64,000 bases of DNA from NCBI GenBank assembly GCA_963807665.1, contig CAWEDE010000028.1, forward strand, positions 11,357 through 75,356, given 5' to 3'. Source of the DNA: an uncultured Alphaproteobacteria bacterium (GTDB lineage Bacteria > Pseudomonadota > Alphaproteobacteria > Rhizobiales > Xanthobacteraceae). The notes beneath the pieces were generated by a model that was not told the DNA's origin, did no database searches, and worked only from the letters and a program-made list of their open reading frames with translations. Of this stretch, positions 36,092 to 46,284 are shown in pieces (the first letter of the stretch is position 1; each line of letters begins with the position of its first letter). The translations under genes were made by a program, and so were the position numbers.

Positions 36092-36478
36092 ATGGCCACA
36101 ACAAAAACCGCATCCCCTTCCCGGCTGATCACCGCGAAGATCAAGGAACTGGGCGACTGGCGGGGCAAGATGCTCGCTCATGTCCGCGCGCTCATCAAGC
36201 AGGCCGATCCCGAAGTCGTCGAAGAAGTAAAATGGCGCGGCGTTCCGGTTTGGGAGCACGACGGCATTATTTGCACCGGCGAGACGTATAAGAGCGTCGT
36301 GAAGCTGACTTTCGCCAAAGGCGCTTCGCTCAAGGACCCTGCAAAACTGTTCAACTCCAGCCTCGAAGGCAATGTGCGGCGCGCGATCGATATCCACGAG
36401 GGCGAGAAAATAAATGAGAAAGCCTTCAAGGCGCTGATCCGCGCCGCTATCGCGCTGAACACGTCAAAGGCCCGATAG
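36092..36478 (+). CDS. DUF1801 domain protein
   Basis: ELGDWRG, EEVKWRGVPVW, LTFAKGA.L.DP, RRAIDIHEG. Confidence 0.88.
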   Translation: MATTKTASPSRLITAKIKELGDWRGKMLAHVRALIKQADPEVVEEVKWRGVPVWEHDGIICTGETYKSVVKLTFAKGASLKDPAKLFNSSLEGNVRRAIDIHEGEKINEKAFKALIRAAIALNTSKAR

Positions 36479-36643
36479 AATTGGTTACTTGCGATCAACC
36501 ATAGCGGCCCATAGGCACAGCGCTGATACCGGCTTTCGTCTTATGGCTGGCCGCTTGTAGTTCGGGTTCCATCGCCCCATCTAAGTCATCTCACACAAAC
36601 CGTCTTCATTGGCGGAGGTCATTGACCTCCAGGGAGTGCTTGA

Positions 36644-37723
36644 ATGTCGCTGCTGTTTTCCAAGACCACACTCGGGCCGCTTGAGCTGCAAAATCACCTG
36701 GTGATGTGCCCGCTGACGCGCAGCCGCGCCACCGGCAATATCCCGAACGATCTGATGGCGGAGTATTACGGCCAGCGCGCTTCCGCCGGCCTGCTCATCA
36801 CCGAAGGTACATCGCCTTCGCCCAACGGTCTTGGCTACGCGCGCATCCCCGGCATGTTCTCCGACGCCCAAGTGGCCGGCTGGAAAAAAGCGACCGACGC
36901 CGTGCACAAGAAAGGCGCCAAGATTTTCGTACAGCTGATGCACACCGGCCGCATCGGCCATCAACTGAATTTGCCCGCGGGCGCCAAGATCGTCGCGCCG
37001 TCGGCGGTCGCCGCCGCCGGCCAGATGTTCACCGACGCCGAAGGCATGAAGCCGCATCCGACGCCTGAGGCCATGAGCGAAGCCGACATCAAGGGGACGA
37101 TCGCCGAATACGCCAAGGCGGCGAAGAACGCGGTCGCCGCCGGCTTCGACGGCATCGAACTGCACGGCGCCAACGGCTATCTGATCGAGCAGTTCATCCG
37201 ACCGACGTCGAACGTCCGCACCGACTCCTACGGCGGCTCTATCGAAAACCGCGCCCGCTTCGTGCTTGAAGTCGTCAATGCCTGCACCGCCGCCATCGGC
37301 AAAGACAAAGTCGGCATCCGGCTGTCGCCGTTCGGCACGTTCAACGACATGCCGCTCTATCCGGAGATGGAAGCCGATTACACTTATCTCGCGGGCAAGC
37401 TCAACGACACCGGCATGATGTACATCCACCTCGTCGACCACTCGGCCAACGGCGCGCCGAAAATCCCCGAGACGGTGCGGCCGATGTTCCGCAAGACCTT
37501 CAAGCGCACGCTGATCCTGTCGGGCGGCTATGACCTGAAGCGGGCCGAGGCCGATCTCGAAGCCGGCAAAGGCGACCTGATTGCCGTCGGCAAAGCGATT
37601 TTGGCCAACCCGGACCTGGTCGAGCGCTGGAAGAAAGGCGCCGCCTTGAACGCGCCGGACATGACGACGTTCTATACGCCGGGCGCGAAGGGCTATACGG
37701 ATTATCCGGCACTCGCCGGCTGA
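36644..37723 (+). CDS. Old yellow enzyme family alkene reductase (NemA-like)
   Basis: PLTRSRA, YYGQRASAG, GFDGIELHGANGYL, NPDLVER, GYTDYP. Confidence 0.93.
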   Translation: MSLLFSKTTLGPLELQNHLVMCPLTRSRATGNIPNDLMAEYYGQRASAGLLITEGTSPSPNGLGYARIPGMFSDAQVAGWKKATDAVHKKGAKIFVQLMHTGRIGHQLNLPAGAKIVAPSAVAAAGQMFTDAEGMKPHPTPEAMSEADIKGTIAEYAKAAKNAVAAGFDGIELHGANGYLIEQFIRPTSNVRTDSYGGSIENRARFVLEVVNACTAAIGKDKVGIRLSPFGTFNDMPLYPEMEADYTYLAGKLNDTGMMYIHLVDHSANGAPKIPETVRPMFRKTFKRTLILSGGYDLKRAEADLEAGKGDLIAVGKAILANPDLVERWKKGAALNAPDMTTFYTPGAKGYTDYPALAG

Positions 37724-37774
37724 TCCCCTTCCGGCGCCAGACCGCCTGAAGATCTGCCGCCGGAAGATTAGCCT

Positions 37775-38449
37775 TTGATCCCCTGGGTCCACCTCGATAG
37801 CGCGAAAATACCCGGCGGCCGCAGTGAACTGCGGCTGCTGCGGCGCGGGCCTGAGTTCTCGATCAAGCTCGACAACAACGAACTGATGAACAGCCGGCTC
37901 AGCGCCACCGAACAGGGCCTGGCCACCATCGCGCTCGACAAAATCCGAACCAAGACCGCGCCGAAAATCCTGATCGGCGGATTGGGCATGGGCTTTACGC
38001 TACGCGCCGCCCTCATTGTGCTGGGGCCGAAGGCGAAGATTACGGTCGCCGAACTGGTGCCCGCGGTCGTCGCCTGGGCGCGCGGCCCGATGGCGCCGGT
38101 GTTCGGCGACAGCCTGAGCGACAAGCGCCTGCGCATCCACGAAGGCGATGTCGGCGAACTGATCCGGGCGGGTAAAGCGGCTTACGACGCGATTTTGCTC
38201 GATGTCGACAATGGGCCCGAGGGCATGACCCGCGTCGCCAATGACGCGCTGTACGATCTCAAAGGATTGCGCGCGGCCTATGCGGCGCTGCGCCCGAGCG
38301 GCGTGCTGGCGGTGTGGTCGTCGGCGCCGGACAAGAAATTCACGGCGCGGCTGCGCAAGGCCGGCTTTGACGTGAAGGAAATTCCGCTGCGCGCCAAGGG
38401 CCCACAAGGCGGCGCGCAGCATTTGATCTGGACGGCGACGCGGCAGTAA
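37775..38449 (+). CDS. Spermidine synthase-like SAM-binding protein
   Basis: NELMNSR, IGGLGMGFTL, ILLDVDNGP. Confidence 0.85.
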   Translation: MIPWVHLDSAKIPGGRSELRLLRRGPEFSIKLDNNELMNSRLSATEQGLATIALDKIRTKTAPKILIGGLGMGFTLRAALIVLGPKAKITVAELVPAVVAWARGPMAPVFGDSLSDKRLRIHEGDVGELIRAGKAAYDAILLDVDNGPEGMTRVANDALYDLKGLRAAYAALRPSGVLAVWSSAPDKKFTARLRKAGFDVKEIPLRAKGPQGGAQHLIWTATRQ

Positions 38450-38455
38450 ACGCGC

Positions 38456-38887
38456 TCACGCCACGCGGATGACCGAGACGCCGCCATCAGGCACGGGCTG
38501 GTCGGCGCGCTTGATGCGGTTGCGGCCCGCCGCCTTGGCGCGGTAAAGCGCCTCGTCGGCGTCGGCGAGCAGTTCGCTCAAAGTCGCCTCACCGCTGGCG
38601 CTTACCGATACGCCGCCGCTCACCGTCGGATTGATATGACCGTCGCCGACCATGCGGCAGACTTCCGCAAAGCCGTTTCGGATCCGATCCGCACGAATGC
38701 AAGCTGGTTCGATACTCGACCACGGCAGGACTACGGCGAATTCCTCGCCGCCAAGACGGCCGAACACGTCGCCTGGCCGCAGTGCCGCCGTGGTCATCTC
38801 GCAAAACTTTTTGATCACGGTGTCGCCGACGGCATGACCGTAGGTATCGTTGACGGTCTTAAAGCGGTCGAGATCGAACATGATCAC
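38456..38887 (-). pseudogene. 5'-truncated GGDEF diguanylate cyclase remnant or stand-alone domain
   Basis: FDLDRFKTVNDTYGH.VGD, RLGGEEF, ADEALYRAK..GRN; lacks the D.LTG..N segment; in-frame stop near 38965. Confidence 0.65.
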
Positions 38888-38971
38888 CGAGACCGGTTCC
38901 TCCCTGACGCATCGCCAAATCGCTCCGCGCGTCCTATCTACGTTGGTAAGCGCGCCACAGGAGCTTTACCC

Positions 38972-40393
38972 ATGAACCCAGCCATTTCCTCACTTCTCGA
39001 CCGCGCCGGTCTCGACCGTGGCGCGGCGAACAAATCGCTGGCGCGCGCCCTGGAAGGCGCCGACGACGGCGAATTGTTCCTCGAATACAAGCAGTCCGAA
39101 GGTCTCGTGTTCGACAATGGGCGCCTGAAACAGGCGACCTACGACACTACGCAGGGCTTTGGCCTGCGCGCGGTCAAAGACGAGGCGGTCGGCTATGCCC
39201 ATGCTTCCGACTTGTCGGAAGGCGCCTTGGCGCGTGCCGCCGAGGCTGTGCGCGCGGTGAAAAGCGGCCATAGCGGCAAATATGCCGCGGCGCCCGGCCG
39301 CACCAACCGCAAGCTTTACGGCGACGACAATCCGCTCGGCGCCCAGGCCTTCGAATCGAAAGTAAAACTGCTCGAGACCATGGACGCCTATGCGCGCGCC
39401 AAGGACCCGCGCGTGCGGCAAGTCACCGCCAGCATCGCCGCCACCTGGCAGGTCGTGGAAATCCTGCGCGCCGACGGCGAGACCTATCGCGACATCCGTC
39501 CGCTGGTGCGGCTCAGCGTCAATGTCGTCACCGGCGATGGCGACCGGCAGGAAAGCGGCAGTTACGGCGTCGGCGGGCGCGAAGGCTATGCGCGCTTTAT
39601 CGAGACCCATGCCTGGCAGAGCGCGGTCGACGAAGCCGTGCGCCAATCGCTGGTCAATCTCGATGCCGTGGCGGCGCCGGCCGGCGAAATGGATGTCGTG
39701 CTAGGCAATGGCTGGCCTGGCGTGATGCTGCATGAAGCCGTCGGCCACGGCCTCGAAGGCGATTTCAACCGCAAAAAAACTTCCGCTTTTGCGGGTTTGA
39801 TGGGCCAGCAGGTCGCCGCCAAGGGCGTCACCGTGATCGACGACGGCACGATGAATGCGCGCCGCGGCTCGCTGTCGATCGACGACGAAGGCACGCCGAC
39901 CAGCCGCACGGTATTGATCGAGGACGGTATCCTCGTTGGCTATATGCAGGACCGCCAGAACGCGCGGCTCATGAATATGAAGCCGACCGGCAACGGACGG
40001 CGCGAATCTCACGCCCATGTACCGATGCCGCGCATGACCAATACCGCGATGCTGGCTGGCAACCACGACCCGAAGGAAATCATCGCCTCGGTGAAGAACG
40101 GGCTCTACGCCGTGAGTTTCGGCGGCGGTCAGGTCGACATCACGTCGGGCAAATATGTGTTTCAGTGCACCGAGGCCTACAAGATCGAAAACGGCAAAGT
40201 GGGCGCGCCGGTGAAAGGCGCCATGTTGATCGGCAACGGCCCGACCGACCTGCACCGCATCACCATGATTGGCAACGACTTCGCGCTCGATCCCGGCATC
40301 GGCACCTGCGGCAAGAACGGCCAGGGCGTTCCTGTCGGTGTTGGGCAACCCACATTGCGCATGGACCGCATCACCGTCGGCGGCACGGGCTGA
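38972..40393 (+). CDS. tldD: Metalloprotease TldD
   Basis: HEAVGHGLEGDFNRK, DDEG, PRMTNT, GTCGKNGQGVPVGVGQPT. Confidence 0.96.
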   Translation: MNPAISSLLDRAGLDRGAANKSLARALEGADDGELFLEYKQSEGLVFDNGRLKQATYDTTQGFGLRAVKDEAVGYAHASDLSEGALARAAEAVRAVKSGHSGKYAAAPGRTNRKLYGDDNPLGAQAFESKVKLLETMDAYARAKDPRVRQVTASIAATWQVVEILRADGETYRDIRPLVRLSVNVVTGDGDRQESGSYGVGGREGYARFIETHAWQSAVDEAVRQSLVNLDAVAAPAGEMDVVLGNGWPGVMLHEAVGHGLEGDFNRKKTSAFAGLMGQQVAAKGVTVIDDGTMNARRGSLSIDDEGTPTSRTVLIEDGILVGYMQDRQNARLMNMKPTGNGRRESHAHVPMPRMTNTAMLAGNHDPKEIIASVKNGLYAVSFGGGQVDITSGKYVFQCTEAYKIENGKVGAPVKGAMLIGNGPTDLHRITMIGNDFALDPGIGTCGKNGQGVPVGVGQPTLRMDRITVGGTG

Positions 40394-40416
40394 AGCCGTC
40401 AACGGAGAGAAATGCC

Positions 40417-41174
40417 ATGCCGAAAACGTCTGCCTTGCGCGGCTGGATTAAGTCCGTTTTCGACATCGCCGTTATTCTGCTGCTCGTCACCGCCGCTAAG
40501 ACCGCGATCGCCGAACCGTTTTACATTCCGTCCGGCTCGATGGAGCCGACGCTGCTGATCGGCGACGAATTGCTGGCGACCAAATACACTTATGGCTACA
40601 GCACCGCTTCGCTGCCGGCCTTTTTGGACTTGCCGAGACAGCGGCGCGCATCATGCCTTCGCTGCCCAAACGCGGCGACGTAGTGGTGTTCCGCTGGCCC
40701 GGCGACCGCTCGCAGACCTGGGTCAAGCGCGTGATCGGCCTGCCCGGCGACCGCATCGCGCTGCACGACGGCCGGGTCTCGATCGACGGCGAGCCGGTCG
40801 GCCTGCGCCCCGACGGCACTGCCGCCGCGGAAGACGAAGATGGATCGACGCGCAAGGCCGCGCGTTTCATCGAGACGCTGCCGGGAAATCGCAGCCACGC
40901 CATTTTAAAACTCGGCGCCAACCAGCCCTACGACAACATGCCGGAGACCGTCGTGCCGCCCGGCCATTTGTTCGTCATGGGCGACAACCGCGACAATTCC
41001 GCCGACAGCCGCGTGCCATTGCGCGATGGCGGCGTCGGCCTGCTGCCGTTGGGAAATCTGGTCGGACGCGTGGCGGGCATCGTCGGCTCATGGGACCTGG
41101 CCATGAGGAACGAGCCGGTCTGGAATTGGCCGTCCGGCTTGCGGCTGTCACGGTTTTTCAGCGCGGTTCAGTGA
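40417..41174 (+). CDS. Signal peptidase I paralog (frameshift near 40635)
   Basis: IPSGSMEPTL, WVKRVIGLPGD, GDNRDNSADSR. Confidence 0.9.
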
Positions 41175-41177
41175 GCG

Positions 41178-41705
41178 CTACCGCACCACGCCGGAAATGC
41201 AGCACGGCCGCACGCGCGGGCGCGTGACCTTGTCCTTGAGATAGCAGCGCGCGCTTGGCGCGATATAGCCGGGCCGCACATAGGACCAGGCCCGGCATTT
41301 GTTCTCGGCGTCGCAAGCAGCCTTGCAGGCAGCACCGTTCGGATCGGCCGGAGTGTCGAAACTGCGATAGTCGCCGCCAAAACGGTCAATTGAGTATTCC
41401 ACCGGGCCGATGCGCGGCTCGATCACGCCGGCGCCGCGCACGCCCGATACGCAGCATTTGTCTTCGACCGGCGGCGGCACTTTGCTTTTCAGCCAGCAGA
41501 CCGCAATCGCATTTTCCGTGCGCGGATAGGAAAAGCTCCAGGCCCGGCAACGCGCCTCGTGTTCGCAGCGGCCCGCGCAGATCGCCGGATCGCCACTTTT
41601 GATCTGGAAATTGGTGTAATCGCCGCCGCGCCGGTCGAATCCGGTTTGCGCCAGTGCGTGGCCGTTGAATGCGAGCGCGCAGATGAGAGCGATGAGAAAC
41701 CGCAT
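41178..41705 (-). CDS. Secreted tandem PAN/Apple domain protein
   Basis: Signal peptide and two DR.GGDY...C...C...C.AWS...C.LK repeats ending CC.SGV. Confidence 0.85.
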   Translation of the reverse strand: MRFLIALICALAFNGHALAQTGFDRRGGDYTNFQIKSGDPAICAGRCEHEARCRAWSFSYPRTENAIAVCWLKSKVPPPVEDKCCVSGVRGAGVIEPRIGPVEYSIDRFGGDYRSFDTPADPNGAACKAACDAENKCRAWSYVRPGYIAPSARCYLKDKVTRPRVRPCCISGVVR

Positions 41706-41869
41706 GCGCCGCCATGTTAGCGCAGGCGGCCGCGACAGTCTTTGCGCAATTTCTCGTGAAAAATTTGCGCCCGCCGGAGGGGCCGGCGGGCGCCTTGATC
41801 CGGATGCGAGAGGGGAGGTTCGCAAGGCTCGGACCGGGCGGCCGATGAGAGGGGTCGGCCGTTTGGTTA

Positions 41870-41918
41870 GCGCATGATCCCGAAAAGTGGGAACCGGTTT
41901 TCGGACAAGATCATGCGC
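41870..41918. repeat. Rhizobiales short palindromic repeat, copy 3
   Basis: gcgcatgatcccgaaaagtgggaaccggttttcggacaagatcatgcgc. Confidence 0.9.
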
Positions 41919-41930
41919 AATTCTAAAGTC

Positions 41931-42290
41931 TTAGACTGTCTGGCGCGCCGGCCGGTTCATGGCCGGGCGGTGGAAGCCATTCTCCACAGGTAACGTGCGC
42001 AACTTGCGAACTGTCGGACGGTTCAGGCGCCGTTCGATCGCGCGTTCAGCCAACAGCGCCGTCGGGTCCTGCCAGAACGGCTCGGAAAAGGCGTCGGCCA
42101 CGTCTGAGCGGGTAAGCCCAATATCGGCCAGCATGCGGCGGTCGAGGCCGGCCAAACCGCCGGCTTCGCGGCGATGCCGGCGCGCGCGCAGGAATTCCTT
42201 GAGCCAATGCGTGACCAAAACCAGCAAGCTGGCAGAGGCGCGTAGCAAGGTGCCGCCTGCGATAGGCAAAACGGGGTAATTTGCAGTCAT
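41931..42290 (-). CDS. DUF1127 domain protein (long type)
   Basis: RRHRRE...L..LD.RML.DIGLTRSDV; divergent from a LysR regulator. Confidence 0.85.
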   Translation of the reverse strand: MTANYPVLPIAGGTLLRASASLLVLVTHWLKEFLRARRHRREAGGLAGLDRRMLADIGLTRSDVADAFSEPFWQDPTALLAERAIERRLNRPTVRKLRTLPVENGFHRPAMNRPARQTV

Positions 42291-42509
42291 GTCAGTCTCC
42301 ATCAATTCCTTGGTTTGAGCCCGTAAAAGGCCCTCAAACCGGCGGTCGAACCACCCGAAATCCCCACCCGATTCCTCTGGTTCGGAACATATGCGCCAGG
42401 GGGATTGATAAGTGAAACGAATGTTTCTAATCTGACCTATCGAAATTGATGATATGAGCCCGGCGCCAAAAACCGCCGGTTTGCCAAGCTTTTAGCGAAG
42501 GAAAAGCAA

Positions 42510-43388
42510 ATGACAGTCCTGCTCGACGTCGACCAATTGCGCGCCTTCATCGCCATTGCCGAGACCGGCAGTTTCACCCGGGCGGCCGAGGTGGTGAACA
42601 AGACTCAGTCGGCGGTGTCGATGCAGATGAAGCGGCTGGAGGAGCGGCTCGACCGGCCTATTTTTTCGCGCGACGGACGCGCCTCCAAGCTCACCGAAGA
42701 CGGCCAGCGCCTGCTCGATTACGCGCGCCGCATCGTCAAGCTCAATATCGAGACCATCGCCGCCTTCTCCGACGCCGAATTGTCCGGCCGCGTGCGGCTC
42801 GGCGTGCCCGACGATTATGCCGACCGCTATCTGCCCGAGATCATGGCGCGGTTCTCGCGCGCCTATCCGGGCGTGGAGTTGAGCGTGATCTGCGAACCAT
42901 CGGTCGATCTCCTGGAGCGCATCGACGCCAACGAAATCGATCTCGCCATCATCACCAATTGCGAGACCAAACGCGCGGCGGAAACGTTCCGGCGCGAGCG
43001 GCTGCTATGGGTGACCTCGAACCGGCATTCGACGCATAGCGAGCAGCCGCTGCCGCTGGCGCTCGGGCGGCCGTCATGCAGTTGGCGGCGCGTCGCCGTG
43101 GAGCGAATGGAGACGACCGGCCGGCCGTATCGCGTGATCTATTCTAGCTCGAGCGCGGGCGCGGTCGCGGCGGCTGTGCTTGCGGGACTGGCCATATCGG
43201 TGCTGCCGGAATCGGGACTTCGCCCCGGCATGCGCGTGCTCACCGCCGCGGAAGGATTTCCCGAACTGCCGAGCTGCCGCATCGGGCTGGTGCGCAATGC
43301 GCATGAAAGCTCGGCGTTGGCCGACGCGCTGGCCGAGCACATCGTGTCGTCCTTGGATAATCTGTCGGAAGCGCAAGCCGCGGAGTGA
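42510..43388 (+). CDS. LysR family transcriptional regulator
   Basis: GSFTRAA..V.KTQSAVSMQMKRLEE, VRLGVPDDYA. Confidence 0.93.
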   Translation: MTVLLDVDQLRAFIAIAETGSFTRAAEVVNKTQSAVSMQMKRLEERLDRPIFSRDGRASKLTEDGQRLLDYARRIVKLNIETIAAFSDAELSGRVRLGVPDDYADRYLPEIMARFSRAYPGVELSVICEPSVDLLERIDANEIDLAIITNCETKRAAETFRRERLLWVTSNRHSTHSEQPLPLALGRPSCSWRRVAVERMETTGRPYRVIYSSSSAGAVAAAVLAGLAISVLPESGLRPGMRVLTAAEGFPELPSCRIGLVRNAHESSALADALAEHIVSSLDNLSEAQAAE

Positions 43389-43393
43389 TTACT

Positions 43394-43525
43394 TGTCCCG
43401 GACGCGGTGCAGCGCGTTAGCGGTGCACCGCAGATCCGGGATCGTTACAAATTCGGAATTTGCTGAGGTCCCGGGTCTACAGTGCACCGTTTCGCTGCGC
43501 TTCATGTTGCGCTGCGCCTGGGACA
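43394..43525. repeat. Composite GTCCCGG-type palindromic repeat between convergent genes
   Basis: tgtcccggacgcggtgcagcg...cagatccggga / tcccgggtct...gctgcgcctgggaca, with internal hairpins and terminal inverted repeat. Confidence 0.75.
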
Positions 43526-43532
43526 CGAGAAA

Positions 43533-44904
43533 TTAATACACATATTCCTCGAAAATCGGTTCGACCGACTGGTTCCAGTCGTTGAAATATTTTTCCAGCA
43601 ATTCTTCCGCCGGCGTGATGCCGCGCGCGATCGATTTCTTCGAGCGGGCGCAAATAGCGTGTCTCGTCGCGGCCGTTGCGGTCGAGGTGCTTGCGCCGCG
43701 CCAGGCCGCGCGCGGCGAGCCGCAGCGTTTCCTGCGCCAGCGTGAACACATTGCGGTTGCCGATTTCGGCGCGGAAGCCGCGCACCGGCACGTCATCGCG
43801 CAGCTTTTGACGCTCGGCCGCGCTCCAGCCCTTGACCATGTCCCAGCATGAATTGAGCGCGTCGTCGTCATATAAAAGGCCGACCCAATAGGCGGTGAGC
43901 GACGGCAGCCGCCGCCAGGGACCGCCATCGGCGCCGCGCATTTCGAGATAACGCTTGAGCCGCACTTCGGGGAAAATCGTGCTCAGGTGATTGGCCCAAT
44001 CGGAGATGGTCGGCCGCTCGCCCGGCAGCGCGTCGAGCTTGCCTTCGAAGAAATCCTTGAACGACTTGCCGGCGACGTCGATATATTTATCGCCGCGCTT
44101 GATGAAATACATCGGCACGCCGAGCGCGTAATCGGTGTAACGCTCGAAGCCCATGCCGGGCTCGAAAGCCCAAGGCAACATGCCCGAGCGCGCGGTGTCG
44201 GTGTCGCGCCAGATCTCGGAACGAAACGACAGAAAGCCGTTCGGCTTGCCCTCGGTAAATGGCGAGTTGGCAAACAGCGCCGTCGCCACCGGCTGCAGCG
44301 CCAGCGACACCCGCAGCTTCTTGACCATGTCGGCTTCCGACGAAAAGTCGAGATTAGATTGCACCGTGCAGGTGCGGTACATCATGTCGAGGCCGAACCG
44401 GCCTACCTTCGGCATGTAATTCGTCATGATGCGGTAGCGGCCCTTCGGCATCGTCGGAATGTCGGCGCGGCTCCAATTGGGAGTCATACCCATGCCGAGA
44501 AATCCGATGCCCAGAGGCTTGGCCACTTCGCGCACTTGCGCCAAATGCGCCATCAGTTCGGACGCGGTCTGATGCACGGTTTCGACCGGCGCGCCGGAGA
44601 GTTCGAACTGGCCGCCGGGCTCGAGCGAAATCGCGCCGCCGCCCGTGACGTCGAACAAGCCGATGATGTTGTCGCCCTCCATGATCGGGTCCCAGCCGAG
44701 CAGGTCGTGCATGCCTTCAAGTAGCGAACGGATGGAGTGCGGCCCGTCATAAGGCACCGGCCGGTGGCCATCGATCGTGAAGGCGAATTTCTCATGCTCA
44801 GTCCCCGCGCGAAATTGTTCCCGCGGCTTGCAACCGGCTTCGAACCAGGCGACGAGTTCGTCGCGTGTTTCGACCGGCGTCATATCGATCTGGTCACGAG
44901 CCAT
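43533..44904 (-). CDS. gshA: Glutamate--cysteine ligase (frameshift near 43630)
   Basis: [48 protein letters not shown]. Confidence 0.94.
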
Positions 44905-45116
44905 TCAGGTTGTCCGGCAGCTTTCTTCTGGCGCAAAAAGGCCGCGACCTTAAACATGGGGCGAATGAAAGGGCAATGCGCGCCGGCCAGCTTTAAGCGC
45001 GCAGATGCCCAATAAAATATTTCATAGGGACAAACGAAATCGCCCGTGTTCTTGGCCCCGGGTAGGCCGTTATCCCTTCCGCCTGCGCCCTACGGGCTTC
45101 GGCGGACAAGTCCTTG

Positions 45117-45451
45117 CCCCTCGCATAAAGCGAGGGGATGGAGCACCGAGTGGCGCACCAGTCTTGCAGTAGCCGCATTCCCTTTTGAGGAATGCGGGCG
45201 CCTCTCGGCGCTCCATCGCGGCGTCTGACGGCGTCTGACGGCGTCCGGTCCGCGCTTTCGGCCAGGACTCCCCCAGGGACGAATCCCCTTTGGGCCCACG
45301 CCGTCAGCGAGCTCCTCGCAGGGCAACCTAGTTTGCCCGGGCGGGGTCCGGCGCCGCCCGGAGGCGTGACCTGCGTTTGGTCATGCCCGCGGGCGCCGCG
45401 CCCTGTTCCACCATCCTGACGCCTCATGACAGCGCCCTCGATGAACAGGAC
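45117..45451 (-). ncRNA. Putative large structured non-coding RNA or structured repeat element
   Basis: At least 8 helices; G-U wobbles and UUCG/GAAA loops mostly favour the minus strand; TATAGT -10 lies ~6 nt upstream of the first helix; no credible ORF. Confidence 0.55.
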
Positions 45452-45456
45452 GAAGG

Positions 45457-45462
45457 ACTATA
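45457..45462 (-). promoter_or_regulatory. Putative -10 element TATAGT; matching -35 TTGACC now displaced to 47428-47433 by the IS
   Basis: Removing the IS plus one TSD copy gives TTGACC-N18-TATAGT on the minus strand. Confidence 0.55.
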
Positions 45463-45564
45463 AGCATAGGTTTTAAGTGGCGATTATCCCCTTCTTTACG
45501 GATTGATTTGTAGGGTTTTTATCCTATTTTTGGTCGCGCCAGCGGCGTTCGCTAGTGTGCGGCC

Positions 45565-46284
45565 CTACCCTAGCAACGGCATGGGCTTTGGCCCGACGTA
45601 CACCCAAGCTATGGGGGCCCCTAAGGGGGCGTTGTCGTCAGTGTACATGTACGGCTTTAGGGGCCAGCCGTTAACAAAGCGAATTTCCGCCGCGATGAAC
45701 GCGGCGTGCACTCGCCCATTCACGTCTTTCATCTCTTCAAGCCAATTGTCTTGCGATTCTGGTAACAAAATTCCGGTCATTATGCCGTGGATATACGATT
45801 CAAATCTGTACCCGACTGCCCAGCCCGCTGCCGCGAACGGACCCGAAATAAGTTGCGCAAAGTGTAACGATTCCTGGTCGTTCATAAGCACGCAAAATCT
45901 AACGGAAGCACCGTCGCCACTGGCCCTCAGCGATAACGCCAATGTTTCGTGCTGTTTTTGGTCCAATCTGCGCCAAGACGTGGCGGCTTTTAATTTTTCA
46001 GTCTCAAGAATGGCAGTAGCGGCTCGCATCATTGGCCTCGGCAATTTTTAAATCCTTTTCTTTAGCGGCTCCGGAGACCCCAACATTTTCCACCCAAACC
46101 CCTGCTGCAATAAGCAGTGTAAATCCCGTGGTAAGCCGACTGGTTAGCCAAAATCGAAATAGAAATCTGGTGAGATTGCAACAATAATTACGGTGGCCTC
46201 TCCTAGCAGCCCAATAATTATTAACCAGAGTCCTACGCGTTCTAGCGTTTCGGGAGATGCAAGCAACAATAGCCATCGTCTCAT
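45565..46284 (-). CDS. IS passenger gene: membrane protein (two TM segments, helical linker, globular C-terminus); two frameshifts
   Basis: Joins ORF pieces 46144..46380, 46004..46276 and 45565..46044: MRRWLLLL...LWLIIIGLLGE...LLIAAGVWVE...KIAEAN.RAATAILETEKLK...WRRL...AAAGW. Confidence 0.6.

Noticed and set aside
38636-38971. N-terminal extension of TldD in the ORF track
   Set aside because: It is antisense to the GGDEF fragment; the ATG at 38972 has an AGGAG RBS and gives a normal length.
45219-45246. Tandem CGGCGTCTGA x2 plus a partial copy as a CRISPR or iteron array
   Set aside because: It is only a 10-bp duplication within a helix arm; there are no spacers and no cas genes.
44993-45427. 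Short ORFs over the structured element
   Set aside because: They are Arg/Pro/Gly-rich with no motifs; the base-pairing explains the sequence better.
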